Assembly (NCBI GenBank): GCA_048013815.1
Contig: CM106586.1
Location: 15,438,001 to 15,502,000, forward strand
Direction of reading: 5' to 3'
Source of the DNA: Setoptus koraiensis
Lineage: Eukaryota > Animalia > Arthropoda
DNA length: 64,000 nt
Made by a program: the position numbers and the translations under genes. Position 1 is the stretch's first letter; every line of letters begins with the position of its first letter. Positions 10,133 to 23,641 of this stretch are shown here, piece after piece. The notes under the pieces were generated by a model. That model worked only from the letters and a program-made list of their open reading frames with translations. It did not search any database and was not told the origin of the DNA.

Positions 10133-12777
10133 ACTCGATCCATTTCTAGCCTTCTCAATGGCCGTCCCGTTTAAACAGTATCACGGCCTTATTTAGAGGC
10201 CATAGTAGCAGCTTTGATACTAGTCCATTTGTTATAGTCCATTGGATTTATGGAGAGTAAAATTAGAACGATGATTAAAATAACATGGCGCGCTACATTT
10301 AGAAGATGGATGACTATCAGGTCTCGTGGAATCGCTTGTTTCCAACTACTATCCCAGTATTGCTATGATATCCAGCTCAAACACAACAGTACATGGATGT
10401 GCCAGATCAACTCTCTCGCTCTCCCTTGTACTGTCTACTGACCGGTTAGCTACTTCAACCATTACACTGATATTAGGTATATGTTTATCGAAAGCTCAAA
10501 TGAGTTGCGTTAAATACTCAAACTCAGGTGTTCCTCATTATACTATAGCGATGATGCTAGTGTTGTAGTTGTTGCTGATGTTGCTGCTGGCCAATTGATG
10601 TTAATGTGAACAGTGTGGTTCTTGATAGTTATAGTTTAATAAGGATGATGCTCGTCAGCATCATCATAATCTTTAAATGCAGTCTAAAGTCCGTTAACCA
10701 ACCAAAGTTAAGTTTGTTGGTGCCGGCCAACGAAACAACACTCGCTAACTTATTAATGAGATTCAGTATTGGTGAGAGAAGAAGAAAAAGAAAAAAGCAT
10801 ATTTATACAGGTCAAACACAAATCAACAACAACAAGAAACCCTGATGCAATCAACTAAGTATAAGGTCAATCTCTTTCTCTACCACTACATAGAATTCCT
10901 AGATAGTTTAACGTCTAACAGCTATCTCAACATCTATTCGCCTCTTGTTGTTGCATGATGATTGTTGATGCTAGCACAATGCCATCCAAGCCATACATGT
11001 AAACTGTTAAACCAAATAAAATTAATCGAAATACTCGATAGCGAAACTAGCTGCTCATTTCATTCATTGAAAGGATTCATTTCAACTTCTCTCCTACGCC
11101 ACTGACTTCTTCTACTTATGCAGTTTATAATAGCGCTATTAATGTTGAGTATTGAGCTCAACAAGCCATTTAGACCGGCCAACATGTACATGAATAGATA
11201 GATAGATTAGCTTTGGCTTGAAGTGAATATACCGATGTGATGAAGCACAATCGAAAACTACTCATTCTTTCAGGCTCTTGACATCAATATTCATTAAAGC
11301 ACCAACTTTAATAGTTCTCCTCTGACATTGAGCTCAAACAGGCAGCCATACCATGAACATTGGGCATTTTATCGATTCCACTTCTCCCTAACCTAGTTGT
11401 GATAACTGACCAGCAGCAAAATTACCTTTCAAAACACATACCAAAGACTAAAATTATTATACCGATCCATGGGCCGTCGTTGTCTCATGAAGAAAGTTTC
11501 TCTGGCTACCACCCTCTACTATCCAACATAGACAGTATATCGCTTGAGCTCGGCTATATTGAATAGACACTCATACGGTTCTGTTACTCCACTAGACATG
11601 CAGTCTAGAATTCACAAGGCAGGGAAAATGTCTCACCTACTGTTTGCAAGGATCAAATTACGGATATTCAAGTCATATTTCTAGGGAGGCCACTCTGAAA
11701 CGCAAGAATGGTCCGTTATGGCAGCTTGGTGACATTTGTGCATCCAAATTGCGACCCAAATTAGACAACGTCAACCACGTTGCATAATAGCTCTGTTGAC
11801 CCGACAATTCGGGTTGCTTCGATCTGTTACATCTTTGACTGGCGTGAAAAGAGAATCTTGGTCTTGTTTTCGCCACTTGTCGGCAAGCCAAATGAATATC
11901 TATCATACAATTGATTGGAGAATAACTTTTTGCGAAGCGTGCAATTCATCATAAGCTATTGGTTATGAAAAGCCAGAAATTGCTGATACATCGAGCTACC
12001 CAACAGATACTCCAGAAAGGGACGAGTTAAATCTTTCCAAAACTATGCCACACTAAATGTAGTTGCGAGAGTTTTGTTTGGTTCAAGATGTAATTAGTAA
12101 CGCTAGGCCGTTCCGATACGTTGCCTCACAATCACCTCACAGTTACATTCGCAAACATATTCATCCGTGGATGGATCTCTTGCATCCTCCAGCCAGCGTG
12201 ATGCATCCACACACACGAATAAATTGACTCACTTGATCTCTCTAAACATCTCAACAGTTAGTTGCAGCCCTTTCTCACCCGCGTCCAATTAAGCCTGTGA
12301 ACACTGTTAGGCCGATGGAAAATTTTCGATCAGAGCGACCCCTTCCGGGAGTGAAAAGTAATAGCTCTGCTTTAGTAGGTGGTGCGACACGCACAAAGCT
12401 AAAAGTGTGTACAATGTGAGCAGACGGTGCCGCCGCCATTATCAGCCAGTACCACAACACTTATCATCAATAAATATTACTTTATCATATATTTTATTTA
12501 TATAAATATCACTAATATTATTATAACATAAATTAACGTATATTTTTTAGATGATATTCGGAGACTACAACACTGTCCTTCAATTGAGCTAACAACGTTA
12601 TATTATTACTGTTATCAATAGGTCCCTACTATCATTATATTTCTAGATTAAGCGCTCGAATCATCGGCTCACATGTAAATATTCATACTCATTTCGTACA
12701 TAACCGGATTTATATATATATATATTCAAATATATATATAGATATATTTATCACTACTGATATATGCATTCAACACC

Positions 12778-13923
12778 ATGATGGATTATGCATCATCATC
12801 CACATCATCGTCCTCTATGAAACAAGTGCCCATAGTTTGCTCAGGCCACACCAGGCCCGTGGTCGATTTAGCCTTCAGTAAGGTCACCGCAAATGATACG
12901 TTCTATTTAATATCAGCTTGTAAAGACGGCAAACCCATTCTGAGACAAGGAGACACCGGTGATTGGATTGGTACCTTTGAGGGACATAAGGGTGCCGTCT
13001 GGGGTGTATCACTTACAGATGACGCCACTAGAGCCGCTACCGGAGCGGCGGATTTTTGTGCGAAAATTTGGAGTACCTACAATGGTGAAGAGATTCATTC
13101 CTTTCCATGTAAACATATTGTTAGATCGGTCAACTTCAGCTCCAAGCAAAACAATTTATTAGTTGCGGGTAATGAAAAACTTTCAAAAATTTATGATCTC
13201 AATAGCTACGACGCCCCACCAACTGAATTTTATGGACATATGGGCTCCATACGACATGCGCTATTCTACGACCAAGACAAACGATTTGTCACTGCATCAG
13301 AGGACAAGACAGTCAGATTTTGGGATGTAGCCTCCAAAACAGAGATCAAACGTGTTGAATTTCAACAGACTCCCGTCAGTATGGAAGTGTCAGACAATAG
13401 AATTGTATTAACTATTTGCTATGGTAATAAGATATCATTTTGGAGTTTAATTACCATGGAAAAGATCAAAGAGTTCGAAATGCCAACCCAGGTTTTATCT
13501 GCCTCAATACATCCAGATAATCTAGTTTTTATCTGTGGTGGCGAAGACTTTAAAATGTATAAATGTGATTATTTGACTGGAGCCGAGCTAGGTAAGTCCA
13601 AGATACGAACAGTGTACGTCAAGCGCTCCTGTATTTTACAAGCAATCATCATACAACTCATTGATTTCATTCTTTTTTCTTTATTTTACATAGAATCATT
13701 CAAGGGTCACTTTGGTCCTGTGCACTCTGTAAGATTTTCTCCGAATGGTGAATTGTATGCTAGCGGTAGCGAAGATGGTACTGTTAGATTGTGGCAAACT
13801 GTAGTGGGCAAAACGTATGGCTTGTGGAAGTTGGTATCACCCAACGAAACTAATCTTTCTCACCCTACTAATGGTAATAGTAACGATAACAATGGAATTT
13901 CAATTTGCGATAACTACTTGTGA
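12778..13923 (+). CDS. STRAP: Serine-threonine kinase receptor-associated protein (UNRIP), WD40; intron 13592-13693
   Basis: CSGHTRPVVDLAFS, LISACKDGKPILRQGDTGDWIGTFEGHKGAVW and GHFGPVHSVRFSPNGELYASGSEDGT match STRAP. The GTAAGT..TTACATAG intron restores ELE-SFKGH. Confidence 0.95.
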   Translation: MMDYASSSTSSSSMKQVPIVCSGHTRPVVDLAFSKVTANDTFYLISACKDGKPILRQGDTGDWIGTFEGHKGAVWGVSLTDDATRAATGAADFCAKIWSTYNGEEIHSFPCKHIVRSVNFSSKQNNLLVAGNEKLSKIYDLNSYDAPPTEFYGHMGSIRHALFYDQDKRFVTASEDKTVRFWDVASKTEIKRVEFQQTPVSMEVSDNRIVLTICYGNKISFWSLITMEKIKEFEMPTQVLSASIHPDNLVFICGGEDFKMYKCDYLTGAELGKSKIRTVYVKRSCILQAIIIQLIDFILFSLFYIESFKGHFGPVHSVRFSPNGELYASGSEDGTVRLWQTVVGKTYGLWKLVSPNETNLSHPTNGNSNDNNGISICDNYL

Positions 13924-14599
13924 CCTTCTAAATAATGATATCAACAAAATGTATAAATTGTTACATATAGTGAATTGTCTAATATGTCTAAAAAGGTATG
14001 TGCAAGAAATGTAACTAAACTAAGATTAAGATTCCTGAACTTGTTCAGTTTTCCTCTCTGAACAAGGAAAGGTGCGCGCCAACTTCCTGTTTTTCTCGCC
14101 AGAATCCGATACTAGCCTTGGTGAAAACGGTGTATTGGAGGGCGCCATGGAGAAATGTATCTATGAGCTTTCATGGCACTCACTATTTATGCCACTTAAT
14201 ATCACCATACTCATATTCCTTGAGATAGCTCAGACATGGCACGATATCGTCCGAGAAAAAATAAGGTTGAGACAAGATTTATATATTTTGTTTTTGTATT
14301 TTAATAATAAATTGTAGTACAAACAAAAAAACAGCTTATCCAGTATTTCAATTTTCGAAGCAAGGATAAATTCCAAGATCAAGTCAGAATAGAAGATTGA
14401 GTGTCATATGATACAAACGGATGCATCAAAAAGCAGCCCGCTCAACAAAACCTAGGCTACCATCTTTACCGAGACCAAAATTAAGTTCGGCTGAAAAACA
14501 GGAAATCGCTATGTTAATTTGGCTGTTGCACATAATTGGATAGCATTTATTAGCTACATTAATGTTTGCCAAACAGAAAGAAAATAGCATCATAAAATA

Positions 14600-14995
14600 G
14601 ATGTGAACGTTAAAGATGGAACCTCGATAAATTAAGTCAATATACTTGCAGATTAGTCAATAAGGTATCTCTGTGTCTTCTTATTTATTGTAACCATGGT
14701 GCATTTATCGTTAGTTATTGGCACCTAGCGAGAGCGAGGGAGAGAGAGAGGGAGAGGGAGAGATGACTTTAAGTTGCGACGTTGTACAAATACTTACCTC
14801 ATGATTGGAGGGCGATCGATTTGTGCATTCTAGGGCGATTTCCGAAAGACTGAGGCTGTTTCTCTCCACCAAGGCCAAACGATAATTGAGCGAGGTATAT
14901 TCGAGCGCTGTTCCGCGACCAATACCTGAACCGGCACCGGTTATAAGGACCACTTTGGAGATAGTGGCGTCGTCGCTTCCATCATTAGGTAACAT
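14600..14995 (-). pseudogene. Truncated copy of the SDR gene (exon 1, part of the intron, and a decayed RGSI remnant)
   Basis: Exon 1 (14995-14798) is identical to 22627-22824. Beyond 14626 the sequence jumps to TCGAGGTTCCATC (13/13 with 23272-23284) and then decays. Confidence 0.8.
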
Positions 14996-17047
14996 ATTGG
15001 ACCAGAGTAGTAGCTATATGAACGAAGAACAATTTATTCTAGCTGGTCGTTTCGATCGAGTTGGTCTGTTCAGTGGCTTTTCGACACGAAAAAATATCGA
15101 CCCAGATATACATGCAGCCTCGTTATTATATTGTCGACGACAATGGCAACTGCTATCAGATGTTACAATTATGGCACGATCGACTTAATCCTTTAAATGC
15201 GAGCTTGCCATGTAGTTGCACCATGAACTTAACTGCATATAACTGGAACGAGAAACGCTGACGTTGTCATACAACAAAAGGGAGAGTTTGTGGATTCTGT
15301 TTGTGAATTCTGTCGCCATGTTGGCAGCAGCCATGTGCGACTTGTATTTTCGAATCAGAAAGTGATTACACCCGTGACATTGTCTGTTTTGGGCCATTTG
15401 TTAGCAACACAATTTTTCCAAAGTCGAACAAGAGGTCAACAATTGATTGGACAGGTATGGCAAGATAGTTGCGATTGGCAATCATCAAAAACTCTAGACA
15501 ACTTGTCACCGACACTTAACTAAGTTAACTTTGTTTTCTGGTGTGTTTAACTTGAAAAACGCGCCAAGATTCAACAATAACGCATGCGTTACATAATAGA
15601 ATAATGCCATAATGATGATCGGCGTAAATCCAGTTGGTGGTCTGTGGATAGACAGTTGCTTCGATGGTTGCCAGTCGCAATATTCACAGTGCTTGGCTGC
15701 GCTGCATGATGCACTAACACACTGTCTCGCGAGTCGCGATTCGCGAACAATGAATGAACATCACTGTAGCACCCAGACTGCGGTGAAAGTCGTTCAATTG
15801 CAACACTTTTACGCATGGCGCCAAAATTTGAAAAATGCACTATCAATACTGTAAATCACAATGGATATTTACGTGTGAAGGGGGGCGAGAGCCTGCTCAA
15901 ATTGATGCATTCTCACTGATTCTGCCCCGTGCGCATGAATTTCGCCACTTTACGACTTTCACTGTAGCTTTTCAACAGTACGGTTTTGTAAGGGCAAATG
16001 TTCAATTCGCATACCATTGTAGATAGAATGTCCATGGCACAATCGATGGCTTTGCTACACCAAACAAATTACTACCATCTAAGTCACCTAGATCAACACA
16101 GTCACAATTCGTTTATTCGCTATATTGAATCACGGGAAATTTTAGGCAGAATTAACATTATTATTAATTAATTAATTAACAAACTAAATATCAGCGACAA
16201 AATAATACTTACCAAACCAAAAATAGAATCATGAGTGCTGCTGATTTTGAAACAGGACCCATTTATGGACCATTCTTTGGCGTGATGGGCGCCGCATCAG
16301 CTGTCATATTCTCTTCATTGGGCGCAGCATATGGAACTGCCAAATCTGGTTCTGGTATTGCCGCTATGGCCGTTATGAGGCCAGAATTAGTGAATCAATC
16401 GATCATTCCTGTAGTCATGGCCGGTATCATTGCCATCTATGGTCTCGTGGTAGCTGCAGTCATCGCCAACAATATCAAACCACCACCGGAATATAAATTG
16501 TATCAAGGATTTCTACATTTAGGAGCCGGTTTATCAGTGGGTCTCTCAGGATTGGCAGCCGGATTTGCCATTGGTGTTGTGGGTGACGCCGGCGTTAGAG
16601 GTATAGCCCAGCAGCCTAGGTTATTTGTTGGTATGATTTTAATATTGATCTTTGCCGAAGTTCTAGGACTGTACGGTCTGATTGTGGCTCTGATTCTTAC
16701 CACTCATTAGTTGTTGGCCATACTCATGTACAACCACCGCCACATTCTTAGATCACATTTATATATAAATATATTATTATTACTATTATTGTGAGTATCA
16801 ATTAAACATGTACAACAATAACAACAATGTCAACAACTACAGATATACATACATACATAGTATTATTTGGTTGAAAACCCGAACTAAGTCTTTATTATGA
16901 TTTTTGCCACAAGCGAGAGGAGGGAGGCGCAAGATCTTTTAAATGAAGGAAAGAGCTGCCCCATCATACTACTAATAGCCCAGAACTTATACAAAATAAA
17001 AATGTACTATTTGCATCTTCTTTGAAACCAAATCTATTTATTTTTTA
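14626..17047. repeat. Left arm of large inverted repeat (palindrome)
   Basis: Reverse complement of 20574-23003. Mirrored ORF coordinates sum to 37621 or 37622, and the translations are identical. Confidence 0.97.
16231..16710 (+). CDS. ATP6V0C: V-type proton ATPase 16 kDa proteolipid subunit c, copy 1, intronless
   Basis: [42 protein letters not shown] and [28 protein letters not shown] (proton-carrying Glu). Confidence 0.98.
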   Translation: MSAADFETGPIYGPFFGVMGAASAVIFSSLGAAYGTAKSGSGIAAMAVMRPELVNQSIIPVVMAGIIAIYGLVVAAVIANNIKPPPEYKLYQGFLHLGAGLSVGLSGLAAGFAIGVVGDAGVRGIAQQPRLFVGMILILIFAEVLGLYGLIVALILTTH

Positions 17048-17095
17048 GTTACTCAACAACATCTTTAAAGAAACAACCTACGTGAATACACCCGT

Positions 17096-18118
<1,023 letters not shown>

Positions 18119-18170
18119 TTATTTATTGAGTTATAAGTACTATCGTTGTTAATAATCAATAGTATATGAA

Positions 18171-18789
18171 AGATTCTATTTTTGGTGTGGTAAGTATTAT
18201 TTTGTCGCTAAGATTTAGTTAACTAATTTATTAATATCGATTTTAACCAAAATTTCCTGTGACTCAATGTAACGAATAGACGAATGTTGATCTAGGTGAC
18301 TTACGTGATTTACGTCTACTATGGTATGAGAATCTAACATTTGCCCTTACACAACAGCGCTGTTAAAAGGCTGCAGTGAAAGTCGTGAAGTGGCGAGATT
18401 CATGCGCAAGGGGCAGAATCATTGCGAATGCACCGAATTGACTGGACTCACGCCCCCCTCCACACGTAAATATCCATTGTGATTCACAGTATTAATAGTG
18501 CTTTTTTCAAACTTAGGCGCCATGCGTGAAAGGGTTGCTGTAATAGGACGACTTGCACCGCAGTCTGGGTGCCACAGTGATGTTCATTCATTGTTCGCGA
18601 ATCGCGTGAGAGTGTTAGTGCATCATGCAGCGCAGCCAAGCACTGTGAATACTGCGACTGTCGAGGCAACTGTCTATCCACAGACCACCAACTGGATTTA
18701 CGCCGATCATCATTATGGCAAATTCTATTATGTAACGCATGCGTTATTGTTGAATCTTGGCGCGTGTTTCAAGTTAAACACACCAGAAA
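18171..18789 (-). promoter_or_regulatory. GAPDH upstream region: diverged paralogue of the V-ATPase c upstream/5'UTR region (21391-22086)
   Basis: Colinear alignment starting GATTCTATTTTTGGT.TGGTAAGTATTATTTTGTCGCT and ending AAGTTAAACACACCAGAAA; roughly 80-85% identity by eye. Promoter function is inferred from position. Confidence 0.8.
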
Positions 18790-20161
18790 TGTTAGGGCTT
18801 CGTACCTAAAGTGTTTTACTCAAGTTTCATGTACTGTGTGCGTTTTTTCCAATACGGATCCTCGAAGTTGATTTTGAGCCCACCAGAAGCGCGCCAAGCT
18901 CGTAGTGTTACATTGACTTTTTATTTATTTTGATTCTACGAAGCAGGTTACGTGTTTCTCATGCTGAGGTGGCGCCTCGGCAGTTCATACTATTGTGGGC
19001 ACTCCTGCAGATAAACAGTCCGCAACACTTGCCGGAACTGTATATAGAAATCCAAGTGCGACGCCCTGGCGGAATGATCGGATAGATCGGATAAAGGGAT
19101 ACAATGTAATGATGCATTTATACTCGAAGAACTTCGATAAAGATCCGCTGGCAGAACAACAGGAAGACAGATCTTCTTTGTCTTCATTGTAACAAAACTG
19201 GCCTCATCGAACAAAACCTCTCCAAGGAGGTAACCCTTTCTACGCACGACATCAATTCCAACAAAACCTCACACTAGATTGGCTATTTAGACTACAGTCA
19301 GTTGGAAGGTTTCTCGCCCTTGAATGAGGTTTACCTTGCCAGAATGATGATGCACCATGAACCGAAGATAGGCACGTGTTCAACAGGTTGACAACGCTGC
19401 AAAGCACATCGTAATCCAATGCGATTCTGCGCTAAATAAGACGCTTTTAGTTTTACCTTTATCGTAATGATCTTCGCAACTTTTTGAATCGACTCCTCTT
19501 CTGAGGCCCTACGAGACATCATATAGAAGTTTAATGGAAGTGCCGCTCCACCTGACCACTTCGCCCAACCGCAAGCAATTTTTTGAGCCGATTTCTAGGT
19601 TGATCTACCGGACGGAGTATATTTTTTATTTTTTTATTTTCTGGTCGGCAGCGCCAAAACGTACAACATAAGGAAATCTAACAAGTAAGCATTGAACAAA
19701 AGGTAGTTTGCGAGGAATGTACAAGATACGTGCGTTATACCTATGGTAGAACAAAAGCGCGGTCAACTCCGGTTTGCCGGCTGGAACCAAAGACATCTGT
19801 AACCATTCTTGTAGCCGTCGTTTGAATTTTCCAGTCCCAAATTCAACATCCTTGTATAATGAGATCTACAGTTGTATCCAATACCAGAAATGATGAAGAG
19901 AGTAATAAATATAACTCAATTCGCAAAGGAGGCTTCTATTGGCAGCTCATATCGATAGAAGGGAGCCTCTAATCAAACAGTAAAAGGGTTACACGCACCC
20001 ATCTCACCACTGCCCGCGGCATTACATTGTGAGTGGTGAAGTTAGCAAAGATCGGATGAAGGCATCAAAAATATGCTATATAGAATGATAAAATGAGAAT
20101 ATATAGAATATATAGTTAGCGCGCAGCGCTTGACCTGAGGAAAATGTGCTATCTCCTAACA
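18790..20161. mobile_element. 1372-bp insertion with TG..CA ends and 7-bp terminal inverted repeat (solo-LTR-like or non-autonomous element)
   Basis: Begins TGTTAGG and ends CCTAACA. The flanks rejoin to the uninterrupted paralogue (22081-22092) with 4 extra bp. Confidence 0.6.
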
Positions 20162-20340
20162 TTAAACAAAGTTCAGTCGAGGTTAAAGATTTTGTCGAGT
20201 TTCCGATAGTTCAAATTGGGAAATATCTTGCCATACCTGTCCGGTCAATTGTTGACCACTTGCTCGACTTTGGGAAAAAAGTTTGTATTTGTTGTAAGCA
20301 GTTGGATCAGAAGAGACAGTGTCGTTGTCTGTTGGGTGTA
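20162..20340. repeat. Continuation of the paralogous module (matches ~22085-22255)
   Basis: TATCTTGCCATACCTGTCC..TCAATTGTTGACC.CTTG.TCGACTTTGG is shared, with an ungapped 58-bp more diverged block before it. Confidence 0.85.
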
Positions 20341-20378
20341 CAAAATAATCGGGCTCGCCTCTGTCAATTACTCTTTGA

Positions 20379-20573
<195 letters not shown>

Positions 20574-23003
20574 TAAAAAATAAATAGATTTGGTTTCAAA
20601 GAAGATGCAAATAGTACATTTTTATTTTGTATAAGTTCTGGGCTATTAGTAGTATGATGGGGCAGCTCTTTCCTTCATTTAAAAGATCTTGCGCCTCCCT
20701 CCTCTCGCTTGTGGCAAAAATCATAATAAAGACTTAGTTCGGGTTTTCAACCAAATAATACTATGTATGTATGTATATCTGTAGTTGTTGACATTGTTGT
20801 TATTGTTGTACATGTTTAATTGATACTCACAATAATAGTAATAATAATATATTTATATATAAATGTGATCTAAGAATGTGGCGGTGGTTGTACATGAGTA
20901 TGGCCAACAACTAATGAGTGGTAAGAATCAGAGCCACAATCAGACCGTACAGTCCTAGAACTTCGGCAAAGATCAATATTAAAATCATACCAACAAATAA
21001 CCTAGGCTGCTGGGCTATACCTCTAACGCCGGCGTCACCCACAACACCAATGGCAAATCCGGCTGCCAATCCTGAGAGACCCACTGATAAACCGGCTCCT
21101 AAATGTAGAAATCCTTGATACAATTTATATTCCGGTGGTGGTTTGATATTGTTGGCGATGACTGCAGCTACCACGAGACCATAGATGGCAATGATACCGG
21201 CCATGACTACAGGAATGATCGATTGATTCACTAATTCTGGCCTCATAACGGCCATAGCGGCAATACCAGAACCAGATTTGGCAGTTCCATATGCTGCGCC
21301 CAATGAAGAGAATATGACAGCTGATGCGGCGCCCATCACGCCAAAGAATGGTCCATAAATGGGTCCTGTTTCAAAATCAGCAGCACTCATGATTCTATTT
21401 TTGGTTTGGTAAGTATTATTTTGTCGCTGATATTTAGTTTGTTAATTAATTAATTAATAATAATGTTAATTCTGCCTAAAATTTCCCGTGATTCAATATA
21501 GCGAATAAACGAATTGTGACTGTGTTGATCTAGGTGACTTAGATGGTAGTAATTTGTTTGGTGTAGCAAAGCCATCGATTGTGCCATGGACATTCTATCT
21601 ACAATGGTATGCGAATTGAACATTTGCCCTTACAAAACCGTACTGTTGAAAAGCTACAGTGAAAGTCGTAAAGTGGCGAAATTCATGCGCACGGGGCAGA
21701 ATCAGTGAGAATGCATCAATTTGAGCAGGCTCTCGCCCCCCTTCACACGTAAATATCCATTGTGATTTACAGTATTGATAGTGCATTTTTCAAATTTTGG
21801 CGCCATGCGTAAAAGTGTTGCAATTGAACGACTTTCACCGCAGTCTGGGTGCTACAGTGATGTTCATTCATTGTTCGCGAATCGCGACTCGCGAGACAGT
21901 GTGTTAGTGCATCATGCAGCGCAGCCAAGCACTGTGAATATTGCGACTGGCAACCATCGAAGCAACTGTCTATCCACAGACCACCAACTGGATTTACGCC
22001 GATCATCATTATGGCATTATTCTATTATGTAACGCATGCGTTATTGTTGAATCTTGGCGCGTTTTTCAAGTTAAACACACCAGAAAACAAAGTTAACTTA
22101 GTTAAGTGTCGGTGACAAGTTGTCTAGAGTTTTTGATGATTGCCAATCGCAACTATCTTGCCATACCTGTCCAATCAATTGTTGACCTCTTGTTCGACTT
22201 TGGAAAAATTGTGTTGCTAACAAATGGCCCCAAAACAGACAATGTCACGGGTGTAATCACTTTCTGATTCGAAAATACAAGTCGCACATGGCTGCTGCCA
22301 ACATGGCGACAGAATTCACAAACAGAATCCACAAACTCTCCCTTTTGTTGTATGACAACGTCAGCGTTTCTCGTTCCAGTTATATGCAGTTAAGTTCATG
22401 GTGCAACTACATGGCAAGCTCGCATTTAAAGGATTAAGTCGATCGTGCCATAATTGTAACATCTGATAGCAGTTGCCATTGTCGTCGACAATATAATAAC
22501 GAGGCTGCATGTATATCTGGGTCGATATTTTTTCGTGTCGAAAAGCCACTGAACAGACCAACTCGATCGAAACGACCAGCTAGAATAAATTGTTCTTCGT
22601 TCATATAGCTACTACTCTGGTCCAATATGTTACCTAATGATGGAAGCGACGACGCCACTATCTCCAAAGTGGTCCTTATAACCGGTGCCGGTTCAGGTAT
22701 TGGTCGCGGAACAGCGCTCGAATATACCTCGCTCAATTATCGTTTGGCCTTGGTGGAGAGAAACAGCCTCAGTCTTTCGGAAATCGCCCTAGAATGCACA
22801 AATCGATCGCCCTCCAATCATGAGGTAAGTATTTGTACAACGTCGCAACTTAAAGTCATCTCTCCCTTTCTCTCTCTCTCTCTCTCTCCCCCTCGCTCTG
22901 GCTAGGTGCCAATAACTAACGATAAATGCACCATGGTTACAATAAATAAGAAGACACAGAGATACCTTATTGACTAATCTGCACATATTGACTAAATTTA
23001 TCG
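20574..23003. repeat. Right arm of large inverted repeat (palindrome)
   Basis: Reverse complement of 14626-17047. Confidence 0.97.
20911..21390 (-). CDS. ATP6V0C: V-type proton ATPase 16 kDa proteolipid subunit c, copy 2
   Basis: Translation identical to copy 1. Confidence 0.98.
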   Translation of the reverse strand: MSAADFETGPIYGPFFGVMGAASAVIFSSLGAAYGTAKSGSGIAAMAVMRPELVNQSIIPVVMAGIIAIYGLVVAAVIANNIKPPPEYKLYQGFLHLGAGLSVGLSGLAAGFAIGVVGDAGVRGIAQQPRLFVGMILILIFAEVLGLYGLIVALILTTH

Positions 23004-23641
23004 CTTCCGTTGATTGTTGTTTTTCTCTGCATGCCCAAAAGCCCTTACAGTTGCCATGTGATATTTCTGAGCGGGGCCAGGCCGAGCGAATTATCGAAGA
23101 GACAGTGAAACATTTCGGCAGGTTGGATGTGCTTGTCAATAATGCCGGTATAACAGAATATACAAGAGTTGACGACGAAAATTGCGCGGACACTTATCAT
23201 AGAATAATCGACACAAATATGCATGCCGTTACCCTATTGTGTCTAGCCGGCTATAAGCACCTGAAGGATAGTCGAGGTTCCATCGTAAATGTTTCTAGTA
23301 TGTTAGATGACAAGCCTGCAAAGTTTAAATTTGCATATTGCATGTCAAAGGCAGCAGTTACAATGCTGACCAAATGTCTGGCCATTGATTTTGCGCCCGA
23401 TGTGCGGGTCAATTGTGTATCACCGGGGCCAATCTTATCGTCCATTTGTGACAAATTGGGAGTTAGCTTGGAAGAGCGCAAGAAAAACGCTTTATCCAAC
23501 ACACTGATCGGCAGAATTGGCTATCCGAATGAGGTAGCCAAAATGATCGTTTTTCTCTCGAGCAATGAGAGTGCATCATTCATGACAGGCTCGAGGGTGT
23601 TGGTGGATGGCGGTTACACGTTAATCCCAATAGAACGTTGA
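22627..23641 (+). CDS. Classical short-chain dehydrogenase/reductase (FabG-like); intron 22825 to ~23041
   Basis: TGAGSGIG, NNAG, YCMSK and RVNCVSPG motifs, C-terminal TGSRVLVDGG. Donor GAG|GTAAGT; phase-0 acceptor at AAG|CCC (23041) or TACAG|TTG (23050). Confidence 0.92.

Noticed and set aside
11290-12280. Possible decayed WD40-like gene (SVDPTIRVASICYIFDWREKR)
   Set aside because: Stops are about as frequent as expected by chance and only one weak motif is present; insufficient without a search.
15589-16026. ORFs 15589-15846, 15612-15854 and 15835-16026 and their mirrors as real genes
   Set aside because: Comparison with the spacer paralogue shows two in-frame indels but also a 7-nt frameshift, a stop and mostly non-synonymous changes. 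No coding signature.
20158-20170. piggyBac interpretation of the insertion because of the right-flank TTAA
   Set aside because: The left flank is GAAA, and the ends are TG..CA rather than CC..GG.
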